This document shows, piece after piece, positions 11,353-20,589 of a stretch of 33,780 nucleotides of DNA. The DNA comes from Candidatus Heimdallarchaeota archaeon (GTDB lineage Archaea > Asgardarchaeota > Heimdallarchaeia > Heimdallarchaeales > Heimdallarchaeaceae), in assembly GCA_016840095.1 (NCBI GenBank), contig JAEOSZ010000094.1:1-33780 (forward strand), given 5' to 3'. The position numbers were made by a program, and so were the translations under genes. The stretch's first letter is position 1. Each line of letters opens with the position of its first letter. The notes beneath the pieces are model-generated. The model was given only the letters and a program-made list of their open reading frames with translations, searched no databases and was not told the origin of the DNA.

Positions 11353-11395
11353 AGGTGCAAAAACTTAAGAAATCAGTAACATAGATTATTTTTGA

Positions 11396-12691
11396 ATGAA
11401 AATTCCAAAAAAACTAATCTCAGTATTTTATACGTCTCTCATTATTTTTTCACTTGTTCCCCTTACTCATAATTTGATGTACAAAGACACTTTAGGTTGG
11501 AGTGGTCCGGAATATTTCTTCTTCGAATATAATAATATAAATTATAATGATATGTACTTCTTTTCTCCTCTTAGAATCTATCAACGTTCTGATGGTAATT
11601 TCATTGGTTTGTTCATGTATGATGACTATCCTAGGCATTACTTCTTAGGAAATAGTGATTCTTCATCTGATTGGAGTGATACTGAGGATCTTTACTATCT
11701 TTTTGAAGAGTACCTTGTTGGTGGAACATCACTTCCAAGTATAGCAGAGTTAAGTGTTCTAAACAATGGATCTTATATGCTTGGAGCGATGTATGACAGA
11801 TTTATTTGGAGAAATTGTTTCACTTTTATACAATCTCCAGATGGGATTAATTGGAATGAAGGATTTTTCTCAAATAACTCTGAAATTGAAATTTTTAAAA
11901 CAGGATGTGATAGAATAAACTTCAACTTCTTTGAGCAAAATGGTGAAATCAAAATTTTTACTGGTTCTACTACCTGGTTTATATATGGCAATAATACACA
12001 CGAAGTTGAAATATCTATTTGGAATATTGAGAGAGTTGCAGATAATTTCGTATTTCAACAAGAAAGTAATATTACATTTGAAGAAATTGACCTAAGATTA
12101 GTTGATGATTATATGGTCTATGGTAAATATTTCACTCTTCAACTCTGGAATGAAACTACTATGCAAAATGAATTAGTATTGGTTTCATATGAAAATGAAA
12201 CATGGGAACAACTGAATATACCTTTCAGCTTTCGTTCAGTTTCTGGATTTTTTAAAGGTAGTTTTACTAAACTTTTCGACTGTAATGATCAACTCTATAT
12301 TACTTATTGTGATACTTATGGATTAGACATAAGCAAATTCTCAGAAAATTATTTTACTCATATTGGGAAAATCAACTTTGATGATAATGAAACAATATCC
12401 ATTTCTGAAACAAAGCGAATTGGAGTAGTTGATGATCCATGGACGGGTTATACAACTATTGTAAGAAATGCAGAGACAAAATCTGTTATTCTAAAAAATA
12501 GACCTAGTAGAGTTAATCGATTTCACCGTCCACCTCCTTCTGATATAGGTGTTTATCAAGAAAAATATGATTCTCATCAAGCTGTAAAGTTTTCTTTTAG
12601 CTTTATTGCCATCTTTGTTGCATCATTATTACCTTTTAGGAAATTTATAACAAAAGAAATTAAAGCAATTATAAGAATTAGAAAAGCCTAA
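11396..12691 (+). CDS. Exported, membrane-anchored hypothetical protein, probably a beta-propeller with Asp-box/BNR-like motifs
   Basis: N-terminal signal-like segment, SPDGINW and NSDSSSDWS motifs, beta-rich composition, C-terminal TM and basic tail. Confidence 0.65.
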   Translation: MKIPKKLISVFYTSLIIFSLVPLTHNLMYKDTLGWSGPEYFFFEYNNINYNDMYFFSPLRIYQRSDGNFIGLFMYDDYPRHYFLGNSDSSSDWSDTEDLYYLFEEYLVGGTSLPSIAELSVLNNGSYMLGAMYDRFIWRNCFTFIQSPDGINWNEGFFSNNSEIEIFKTGCDRINFNFFEQNGEIKIFTGSTTWFIYGNNTHEVEISIWNIERVADNFVFQQESNITFEEIDLRLVDDYMVYGKYFTLQLWNETTMQNELVLVSYENETWEQLNIPFSFRSVSGFFKGSFTKLFDCNDQLYITYCDTYGLDISKFSENYFTHIGKINFDDNETISISETKRIGVVDDPWTGYTTIVRNAETKSVILKNRPSRVNRFHRPPPSDIGVYQEKYDSHQAVKFSFSFIAIFVASLLPFRKFITKEIKAIIRIRKA

Positions 12692-12774
12692 ACAGCTAAT
12701 ATATCGGATTAATAATCTTTATAAACTGAACATCTTTTCGTTAAAACAATCCTAAAAATAATAGAGGAATTATT

Positions 12775-13197
12775 ATGGGTGACATAAGAGTACAAGACAA
12801 ATATACTGTAAAAGAAGGACTTCTTTACACTAAAGAAAGTGAATGGGTTCTTCAAGATGGTGACATCTGGATTTATGGCCTTAGCAACTATGCAAGCGTC
12901 GAACTAGGTGAACTAGCTTATGTAGAACTTCCTGCAGTAGGTGATACTTTTGGTAATGAAGATTCAATGGGTATTGTTGAAGCTCTAAAAGCAGTTGTTG
13001 ATTTCTATTCTCCATTTGATTGTGAAGTAGTAGAAGTTAATGAAGTGCTAGAAGACGATGCTTCCCCAATTACTGAAGATTGCTATGGTGAAGGCTGGAT
13101 TCTAAAGCTTAAAGCCACTGGCCCAATCGATCATCTATTCAACCCAGAAGATTACGTAAAGCTCATTGAGAAAAAGATCGAAGAAGGTTCTCATTAG
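12775..13197 (+). CDS. gcvH: Glycine cleavage system H protein
   Basis: LGELAYVELP, lipoyl-Lys context VEALKAVVDFYSP, DCYGEGWI. Confidence 0.93.
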   Translation: MGDIRVQDKYTVKEGLLYTKESEWVLQDGDIWIYGLSNYASVELGELAYVELPAVGDTFGNEDSMGIVEALKAVVDFYSPFDCEVVEVNEVLEDDASPITEDCYGEGWILKLKATGPIDHLFNPEDYVKLIEKKIEEGSH

Positions 13198-13255
13198 ATT
13201 TTAAGAGGTGAATTTTTTCCCCCTCTATTTTTATCGATTAAAACGAGGAATTTAA

Positions 13256-14662
13256 ATGACAGAAGAATTTAAAGGACATCCTTATCTTGGAAACAGCCAA
13301 CTAGATGTCGATGAAATGCTTCAGTATTTAGGTCTCAGCAGTATCCAGGAACTCTATTCTGATATCCCTGATGAAATAAGATTCGAAGGAGATTTAGATA
13401 TACCTTATTACAAGAGTGAATACGAACTAATTGAGGCCATTAAGGCAAAAATGAGTAAGAATATCACTACTCGAGAAGTTAGATCCTTTATGGGCGGTGG
13501 TGTGTTAGATATCTACATGCCTGCTCTACAAGATGAAGTTCTTAGAAGAACTGAGTTTTATAGTGCATACACACCATATCAACCTGAAACTTCTCAAGGA
13601 ACTACTCAAGCTTTATTTGAATATCAAAGCATGATTTGTGAACTTGTTGGAATGAATGTTGCAAACTGTTCCCTTTATGATTGGGCTACAGCTGTTGGAG
13701 AAGCTGCATTAATGGCTTCTCGTATAACTAAGAGATACAAATTTATCTACACAGCTGCTACAGCTCCAAATCGAGAAGCAGTTTTGCAAAATTATGTTGT
13801 TGGCGCAAATTTGGAATTAGCAGAAATCCCTTATGATCCAACAACTGGAAAAATGGATATAACAAAAGCTAAAGAACTACTAGCAGAAAAAGATGAAAAT
13901 GATAAATACAAAGTTGCTGGTATCTACATCGAAAATCCAAACTTCTTAGGAGTAATAGAAGATGAATTAGATGAAATCATTGCTGATGCTCATGAAAAAG
14001 GAGTTAAAGTTGTTATTGGAGCAGATATGAATTCTTTAGCATTGATGAAACCACCAGGTGAATATGGTGCTGACATTTGTATTGGTGAAGGTCAAACAAT
14101 AGGTGGAGGACCTCTTAATTATGGAGGACCACTGTTAGGAATTCTTGCTATGCAATTTGATAGAAAAGAAACCAGACAAATGCCTGGACGTATTGTTGGA
14201 ATGACAATTACTGCTAATGAAGGAGAAAGAGCTTATGCTAATACATTAGAAACCAGAGAACAACACATCAAAAGAGAAAGAGCAACAAGTAATATATGTA
14301 CAAATGAAGGTTTAGTTGCATTAAGTTGTGCAGTTCATCTAGCACTGTTGGGACCAGAAGGTTACAAAGACACTGCTGAAACAATGTTCCTTAGTGCACA
14401 TTATGTTGCAGCAGAACTTGAGAAAATAGGTGTAAAAAGAGTATTCGATAGCGATTTCTTTAATTCATTTATGATTGATCTCAAAATACCTAAAGCAAAG
14501 AAACAAGAATTTACTAACTTTATGCTAGAACGAAAAATCTTTCCTGGAGTACCTTTCTCAGCTGATGGTAAGAACTTTGACTATATTGTTACAACATCAT
14601 ATTTGCTATGTGAAGAAGACCTTAATGACTACGTTAAGGCTATTGGAGAATGGAGGAGCTAA
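13256..14662 (+). CDS. gcvPA: Glycine dehydrogenase subunit 1
   Basis: YTPYQPETSQG, NCSLYD, GGPLLG, REQHIKRERATSNICTN. Confidence 0.96.
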   Translation: MTEEFKGHPYLGNSQLDVDEMLQYLGLSSIQELYSDIPDEIRFEGDLDIPYYKSEYELIEAIKAKMSKNITTREVRSFMGGGVLDIYMPALQDEVLRRTEFYSAYTPYQPETSQGTTQALFEYQSMICELVGMNVANCSLYDWATAVGEAALMASRITKRYKFIYTAATAPNREAVLQNYVVGANLELAEIPYDPTTGKMDITKAKELLAEKDENDKYKVAGIYIENPNFLGVIEDELDEIIADAHEKGVKVVIGADMNSLALMKPPGEYGADICIGEGQTIGGGPLNYGGPLLGILAMQFDRKETRQMPGRIVGMTITANEGERAYANTLETREQHIKRERATSNICTNEGLVALSCAVHLALLGPEGYKDTAETMFLSAHYVAAELEKIGVKRVFDSDFFNSFMIDLKIPKAKKQEFTNFMLERKIFPGVPFSADGKNFDYIVTTSYLLCEEDLNDYVKAIGEWRS

Positions 14663-14664
14663 AA

Positions 14665-16182
14665 ATGTACAGACAAGCAAAATGGGATGAACCACTTATC
14701 TTTGAATTAGGTAAGAAAGGTAGAAGAGCCCATCTATCACCAAGTTGTGACTTTGATAAAGGTACAATAAAAATTCCAGAAAAACTGAGAAGAACTGTAC
14801 CACCAGAGTTACCAGAGCTTCATGAAGGTGAAGTTATGCGTCATTATGTACATCTAGCTCAACAGAATTATTGTGTAGATTCAGGACCTTATCCACTTGG
14901 TTCTTGCACAATGAAATATAATCCAAAGATTAACGAAACAGTAGCTAGAATGGAAAAAATGATGTATCTACACCCAGATCAACCAGTTGAAACTGTACAA
15001 GGAATATTGGAAATTCTATATGAATTACAAGTAGCCTTGGGAGATTTAGCAGGTTTAAAACATACAACTTTGCAAACTCCAGCTGGAGCAAGCGGTGAAT
15101 ACTGTGGTCTTACTCTAATCAAAGCTTATCATGATGATCATGGAGATTCACAAAGAGATGAAATTATTGCTCCTGATTCAAGTCATGGAACCAATCCTGC
15201 AAGCACTGTTCAAGCAGGTATGAAACTCATTGAAATCAAATCCAATGAAGATGGTAGAGTAAATATGGATGCATTAAAAGCTGCAGTATCAGATAAAACT
15301 GCTGGTTTAATGCTTACTAATCCAAATACACTAGGTGTTTTCGAAAAAGACATCATAGAAATGTCTGGAATTGTAAAAGATGCTGGTGGTTTACTCTATT
15401 ATGATGGAGCAAACTTCAATGCAATTGTAGGTAAGATAAGACCAGGTGACATGGGTTATGATGTGCTTCACTTTAACTTGCACAAAACATTCTCAACTCC
15501 TCATGGAGGTGGAGGACCCGGTGCTGCATCTGTAAGTTGTAACGACCTTCTAGAACCATACTTACCAATACCAACTATTGATTATGATAAAGATAAAGAC
15601 TTCTACTATTATAACTACGATAGACCAAAATCAATAGGTAAAGTCCATGGTTATCATGGAAACGTTGCAATTGCATTAAGAGCATATGCTTACATAGCAG
15701 CTCTAGGTTTCAAAGGACTAAAACATACTGCTGAACATGCTGTTTTAACCGCAAACTATGCTGTTAGGAAACTTGAAAAGCTAGATGGTTTCAGATTAAG
15801 CCACACCTCAGCTATCCCACGAAAACACGAGGGTGTTCTTGAAGCAGTACCATTCAAAACCAAATATGGTGTTGATGGAATGGATATTGCAAAGATGATT
15901 ATCAGCAGAGGTATGCACGCACCAACAGTCTACTTCCCATTAATCGCAGCTGAAGCTTGGATGGTTGAGCCAACAGAGAATGAAAATAAAGACAGAATCG
16001 ACAAATATGTTGAAGCTGTTTCTGAAGAAATGGAAAAAGCTAAAGCTGATCCAGAATATGGTCATGACGCACCAAAATGGACTTCAGTTGGAAGAATTGA
16101 TTCAGCTTGGTCTGTTAGAAATCTAGTTGTATCATACAAAATTTATAAAGAGAAGAAAGAGAAAGGGGAAGAACTTCCTTAA
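14665..16182 (+). CDS. gcvPB: Glycine dehydrogenase subunit 2 (start taken at ATG 14665, after GGAGG)
   Basis: YPLGSCTMKYNPK, HGTNPAS, YDGAN, PLP lysine in NLHKTFSTPHGGGGPG. Confidence 0.96.
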   Translation: MYRQAKWDEPLIFELGKKGRRAHLSPSCDFDKGTIKIPEKLRRTVPPELPELHEGEVMRHYVHLAQQNYCVDSGPYPLGSCTMKYNPKINETVARMEKMMYLHPDQPVETVQGILEILYELQVALGDLAGLKHTTLQTPAGASGEYCGLTLIKAYHDDHGDSQRDEIIAPDSSHGTNPASTVQAGMKLIEIKSNEDGRVNMDALKAAVSDKTAGLMLTNPNTLGVFEKDIIEMSGIVKDAGGLLYYDGANFNAIVGKIRPGDMGYDVLHFNLHKTFSTPHGGGGPGAASVSCNDLLEPYLPIPTIDYDKDKDFYYYNYDRPKSIGKVHGYHGNVAIALRAYAYIAALGFKGLKHTAEHAVLTANYAVRKLEKLDGFRLSHTSAIPRKHEGVLEAVPFKTKYGVDGMDIAKMIISRGMHAPTVYFPLIAAEAWMVEPTENENKDRIDKYVEAVSEEMEKAKADPEYGHDAPKWTSVGRIDSAWSVRNLVVSYKIYKEKKEKGEELP

Positions 16183-16288
16183 GAAATTTCTCTCTTATTT
16201 TATTTCTTTTTTTATTTAAAATATCACTTGTTTAATTTCTCATTAAGAATCTAAACTAGAAAAGTTAAGTAAAAGAGGATTTCTTACT

Positions 16289-16768
16289 CTATTTTCTTCG
16301 TCTTAAGCCTATTTGTGCAGGGGGATTGATAAACAGAGCAATTATCAGCATTATAGACATCCCAAAGATTTCTTTGAAGGTTACACTATCTACTACTCCA
16401 CCAGGCATTATACTTCTTATAGCACCAATTGCTTCAAAACCAAAGAATACGATGAAGATTTGAATGAAAAGGTACAAACCTATACTTATTAGTGATCCAC
16501 GTATAATATAGCGATATAATTTTCTTTCTTTTGTATCTCTGACTCTATTCATTAGAGCTTCTGTAATTAGAAGAGATACTGCAGTTAGACCTATAGCTCC
16601 AAAGATAGGAAATGCGATCAATAACGGAAGATTTTCCCAATTATTAAATTCAACAATATCATGTAAGTAATAGAAGTGAGGTATTTGTGCTAGAAATGCA
16701 AATGCAAAAACTGCGATAACACTGGGCCACATCGACTGTTTGTCTAAAATTCTAATTTTTGAACTCAT
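16289..16768 (-). CDS. Hypothetical membrane protein (about 4 TM)
   Basis: Four hydrophobic segments and a basic C-terminus (RRRK). Confidence 0.7.
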   Translation of the reverse strand: MSSKIRILDKQSMWPSVIAVFAFAFLAQIPHFYYLHDIVEFNNWENLPLLIAFPIFGAIGLTAVSLLITEALMNRVRDTKERKLYRYIIRGSLISIGLYLFIQIFIVFFGFEAIGAIRSIMPGGVVDSVTFKEIFGMSIMLIIALFINPPAQIGLRRRK

Positions 16769-16871
16769 AATAATCTTCCTTGATAGTAAGCTCTTTTTGA
16801 AACCTACAAAAATGTTAAGTTATAACTTTTTTGATGGCTAATCAAATAAATTTCTTAGAAATTAGGTATTA

Positions 16872-18440
16872 CTAATGATCTGATTCATCAAAAGTGTAAC
16901 CTTTCTCTATTTTGAACTCGCAGAAATTATGACCAGTTCCATGGCATTTTGTTTCAGTAACAATAGGAGGATCATTTAGTATTAGTGCTAAACGTCCAGC
17001 AATGTAGCCAGCTTGAAAGTCACACAATACTTCGTTCAAATTTGTTTCAGAGAGGTTTGCACCTGAAGCATATGCGCATTCATGGATTCTTATAAACATC
17101 TCATCTTCATCTTCTCCTTCAAAAACATCAACAAAAGAGTGTTGTCGGGACAAATAGTTTGTTGGGTGAGTTAAATACTTCTTCATAATTTCTGTAGCTT
17201 GTTTTAAAGACTCTATAGGTAATTCTGCATCTTCTGATGCTAACAAATCATAAATATGACTCTTACCTGGTCCTATAACTCCAAGCTCTCTCCCTGCAGA
17301 ATACAGTAGAGCACCACAGAATTTATCTCGAAACTTGAGGGACATTATCTGTTGTTGTAAAGAGCTTATATGGACATAATCAAGATCATTTGGCCTTAGA
17401 GCTTCCTTCATTAGCATAGAATTATATCCATGTTGAGTTGTTTCATGAATAAACTCATAGAATAATTGCCGTCTATGTTCTTCTGCTGGAAATTCTCCTA
17501 GAAACTGAACTTGTTTAGCTTGACTAATATCTAGAATCTTGTAAGGAGCTTTACCAATCTCTTTACCAATGTGTACTTCTATATCAAATTCACAGTAGTC
17601 GTCTCCTAATCCCTTGCACTTTGTTTCAACTACACTAGTTGCTGAACCTATCATTGCTTCTATTGTACCAGCAATCTCACCAGCTGTGAAATGACATAGA
17701 GTTTCGCCTATGTTAATTGCACCTGCACTATTAGCAAGTTCATAGATTCTGAGAGTAGCTGTATATCCTTCCATCTTTGCAACATCACATTGGGTAGCAT
17801 GATAGAGAGGAACAGTAGTGTTATGACTATACAATTGAGCAAGAGCTAGTAAAACTTCTTGGAATCTTTCTTCAGGTTTGACAGCACCAACTCTGGGATT
17901 TAAAACTGTTAAATAGTATGGAGCTGCACCAAAAATACCTAGTTCTCTTCCGCTTTGATAAAGAAGTTGGGGAATTAGTGGGTCTAGTTGTAAAAGAGAC
18001 ATCATCACTGCTTGATATACACTAATATGAACATAATCACCTAGATTTTTGCGAACGATCTCCTGAGAAATAATACTGCTGATGGTATTCTTTGTAAGAA
18101 TCATCATACTTTCTTTTCTTCTTGTATCTTTTTCCTGGCTGATAATGTTTGGTAGAATTTGCGACCAAAGCTTTTCTCTAATAACATCTTCAGTAATTAA
18201 ACCCTCAGCTATCCTTTCCTCATTCATCATGACTACAGGAACACTTAGAATACCATATTTAGCCGCAATCTCTTGTTCTTCAGATATATCGATTGTACTC
18301 ACGTGAAGCATTCCTTTCATTGAGGTACCTGCGATATTTTCAATAACACGTTTAACATCAGGACATGCAAAACAGGTAGGACTAGTAAAGAATAAAAGCC
18401 TCATTCTTTCGGTATCTTGAAGAGTTTCATCTTCGGCCAT
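16872..18440 (-). CDS. Thioredoxin-like (CxxC) domain fused to two tandem V4R domains; start taken at ATG 18440
   Basis: FFTSPTCFACP and YGILSVP thioredoxin motifs. Two repeats of DYVHIS...LLYxxGRELG...LCxFxAGxIAG...ETKC-x7-CEF. Confidence 0.85.
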   Translation of the reverse strand: MAEDETLQDTERMRLLFFTSPTCFACPDVKRVIENIAGTSMKGMLHVSTIDISEEQEIAAKYGILSVPVVMMNEERIAEGLITEDVIREKLWSQILPNIISQEKDTRRKESMMILTKNTISSIISQEIVRKNLGDYVHISVYQAVMMSLLQLDPLIPQLLYQSGRELGIFGAAPYYLTVLNPRVGAVKPEERFQEVLLALAQLYSHNTTVPLYHATQCDVAKMEGYTATLRIYELANSAGAINIGETLCHFTAGEIAGTIEAMIGSATSVVETKCKGLGDDYCEFDIEVHIGKEIGKAPYKILDISQAKQVQFLGEFPAEEHRRQLFYEFIHETTQHGYNSMLMKEALRPNDLDYVHISSLQQQIMSLKFRDKFCGALLYSAGRELGVIGPGKSHIYDLLASEDAELPIESLKQATEIMKKYLTHPTNYLSRQHSFVDVFEGEDEDEMFIRIHECAYASGANLSETNLNEVLCDFQAGYIAGRLALILNDPPIVTETKCHGTGHNFCEFKIEKGYTFDESDH

Positions 18441-18570
18441 TAAAACAACCCCAGTAAAAAACAATTCAGATAGAATGATAAAAATGTTTGCTTAACATCA
18501 ATGACAAACACTCTCGAAAGTGCAGCCAAAATTGTGCATAAAATTTTTCTGGTTATTATAATTTAAAAGG

Positions 18571-18708
18571 ATGACCTATTTATCATGTCCATCCTATATC
18601 GTAGCCAGGATAATTATTGGATTGTTGGTTGGATTGGCACTAAAGAAAATCAGAGAGAAAAAGAAAGAACCTAAAACAGATTATGCGATTTTGATGGGGG
18701 AAATGTAG
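18571..18708 (+). CDS. Putative 45-aa single-TM microprotein or gene remnant (not in the ORF track)
   Basis: Manual translation gives MTYLSCPSYIVARIIIGLLVGLALKKIREKKKEPKTDYAILMGEM*. Confidence 0.4.
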   Translation: MTYLSCPSYIVARIIIGLLVGLALKKIREKKKEPKTDYAILMGEM

Positions 18709-18752
18709 GTAAAACAACAATCTAAAACTAATCAAGAATTTTTTTCAAGAAA

Positions 18753-18810
18753 GCAAAAGTTATATATCAATGATTGAACATGTGCTTGTTCATTACGAAT
18801 TTAATGGTGA
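18753..18810 (+). promoter_or_regulatory. Thermosome promoter: BRE/TATA, palindrome and SD-like site
   Basis: gcaaaag-ttatatat at 18753-18767; TGAACA-N6-TGTTCA at 18775-18792; GGTGA at 18806-18810. Confidence 0.65.
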
Positions 18811-18815
18811 TATAA

Positions 18816-20471
18816 ATGTACGGTCAAGGACAAGTACCTGTAATAATTCTAAAAGAAGGAACTCAAAGGTCTAAAGGTAGAGATGCTCAAAGAAATAATA
18901 TTATGGCAGCCACTGTAGTTGCTGACACAATTAAGAGCACACTTGGGCCCAAAGGTATGGATAAAATGATGGTTGATAGCTTAGGGGATATTTTAATCTC
19001 CAATGATGGTGCTACTATTCTTGATGAAATCGATGTTCAACATCCAGCTGCTAAAATGATTGTTCAAGTAGCTAAAGCTCAAGATCAAGAAACAGGTGAT
19101 GGTACCACTAGCTCAGTAATTATCGCAGGAGAACTCCTCAAGAAAGGTGGAGAACTATTAGATAAGAAAATCCATGCATCCTTAATAGTTGAAGGTTATA
19201 AAGCAGCTTCCCAAAAAGCTCAAGAACTAATTGAAGGTTATGCTAAAAAACTCAATCCAACAGAAGACGATAAACTTCTTTTCCAAATTGCTGAAACCTC
19301 ATTGCATAGCAAATCAGTTCATTCAGCTAAGGAAAATATCGCTCAAATTGCTGTCGATAGTGTGAAGAAAGTAGCTGATGAAACTAATGGAAGTTTCATT
19401 GTTGATCTAGATAATATCAAAATCTTACAAAAGATTGGTAAAAATCTAAGAGAATCAAAATTAATTGAAGGTGTTATAGTTGACAAGGAAGTTGTTCACA
19501 CTGGAATGCCTAAGAACATAAAGAATGCAAAAGTGCTTCTTCTCAACCAGAATGTTGAGGTTCAAAAAGGTGAATGGGACAGAGAAATACGTATAAATGA
19601 TCCCTTAGAAATGAAATCCTTCCTTGATAACGAAGAACAAATTTTAAGAGATATGGTTGATCAAATTGTTGAAACTGGAGCAAATGTAGTTGTTGCTCAG
19701 AAAGGTATTGATGATATGGCTCAATACTTCATGGCAAAACAAAATATCATGGCAATCAGACGTGTTAAGAAAAGTGATATGGAAAAACTTGCACGTGCTA
19801 CAGGTGGTAAAGTAGTAACCAATTTGAAAGATGCTAAGAAAGAAGATCTTGGAGATGCAGGATTAGTTGAAGAAGTAAAAATCGGTGATGAAGACCATGT
19901 TTTCATTGGAGAATGTAAGAATCCAAAATCCGTTTCTATAATACTCTATGGTGCTACAAAATACGTAACTGATGAAGCTGAAAGAGCAATTCATGATGCT
20001 CTATGTGTAGTTAGAAATGTTGTAGAAGACAAGACTTACCTACCAGGCGGTGGAGCAACTTATACTGAGCTTTCATTAAGATTAGATGAATATGCAGATG
20101 AATTCAAGGATAAAAGACAACTAGCTGTTAAAGCTTTTGCAGAAGCACTTCTTGCAATCCCAATAACTTTAGCGGAAAATGCAGGAATTGATCCTTTAGA
20201 CATTCTAAATGAACTTCGTTCAGCTCATGCTGAAGAAAATCTATCTGCTGGTTTAAACCTATTCAAAAATGGTAAGATTGAAGATATGTTCAAAATAGGT
20301 ATCATTGAACCCCATAGAGTAGTTGCTCAAGCAATAAAATCTGCAAGTGAATCAGCTATCATGATCATGCGAATTGATGATGTAATTGTAGCTAGATCAA
20401 GTGCTCCAGCTATGCCACCAGGTGGAATGCCTCCAGGAATGGGCGGGGGAATGCCACCAGGAATGATGTAG
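18816..20471 (+). CDS. ths: Thermosome (group II chaperonin) subunit
   Basis: [42 protein letters not shown] and a Gly-Met-Pro-rich tail. Confidence 0.97.
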   Translation: MYGQGQVPVIILKEGTQRSKGRDAQRNNIMAATVVADTIKSTLGPKGMDKMMVDSLGDILISNDGATILDEIDVQHPAAKMIVQVAKAQDQETGDGTTSSVIIAGELLKKGGELLDKKIHASLIVEGYKAASQKAQELIEGYAKKLNPTEDDKLLFQIAETSLHSKSVHSAKENIAQIAVDSVKKVADETNGSFIVDLDNIKILQKIGKNLRESKLIEGVIVDKEVVHTGMPKNIKNAKVLLLNQNVEVQKGEWDREIRINDPLEMKSFLDNEEQILRDMVDQIVETGANVVVAQKGIDDMAQYFMAKQNIMAIRRVKKSDMEKLARATGGKVVTNLKDAKKEDLGDAGLVEEVKIGDEDHVFIGECKNPKSVSIILYGATKYVTDEAERAIHDALCVVRNVVEDKTYLPGGGATYTELSLRLDEYADEFKDKRQLAVKAFAEALLAIPITLAENAGIDPLDILNELRSAHAEENLSAGLNLFKNGKIEDMFKIGIIEPHRVVAQAIKSASESAIMIMRIDDVIVARSSAPAMPPGGMPPGMGGGMPPGMM

Positions 20472-20474
20472 TTT

Positions 20475-20526
20475 AAAATATGAGTTTTCATATTTTTTAT
20501 TTTTCTTATTTTTCCAATTTATTTTT
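20475..20526 (+). terminator. Thermosome terminator: 9-bp hairpin followed by oligo-T tracts
   Basis: aaaatatga-gttt-tcatatttt (perfect stem), then several T5-T6 runs. Confidence 0.65.
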
Positions 20527-20589
20527 ACAATCTAAAAACAATCCCAATTTGGGTTTAAATATCAATTTTCGGATAATAAGTTAGTTAAA

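Noticed and set aside
18441-18464. Track start of the Trx-V4R gene at 18464
   Set aside because: ATG 18440 follows a G-rich SD-like sequence and gives a more typical N-terminus.
20408-20468. Short repeats (atgccaccagg) at the thermosome 3' end
   Set aside because: They encode the ordinary Gly-Met-Pro chaperonin tail.
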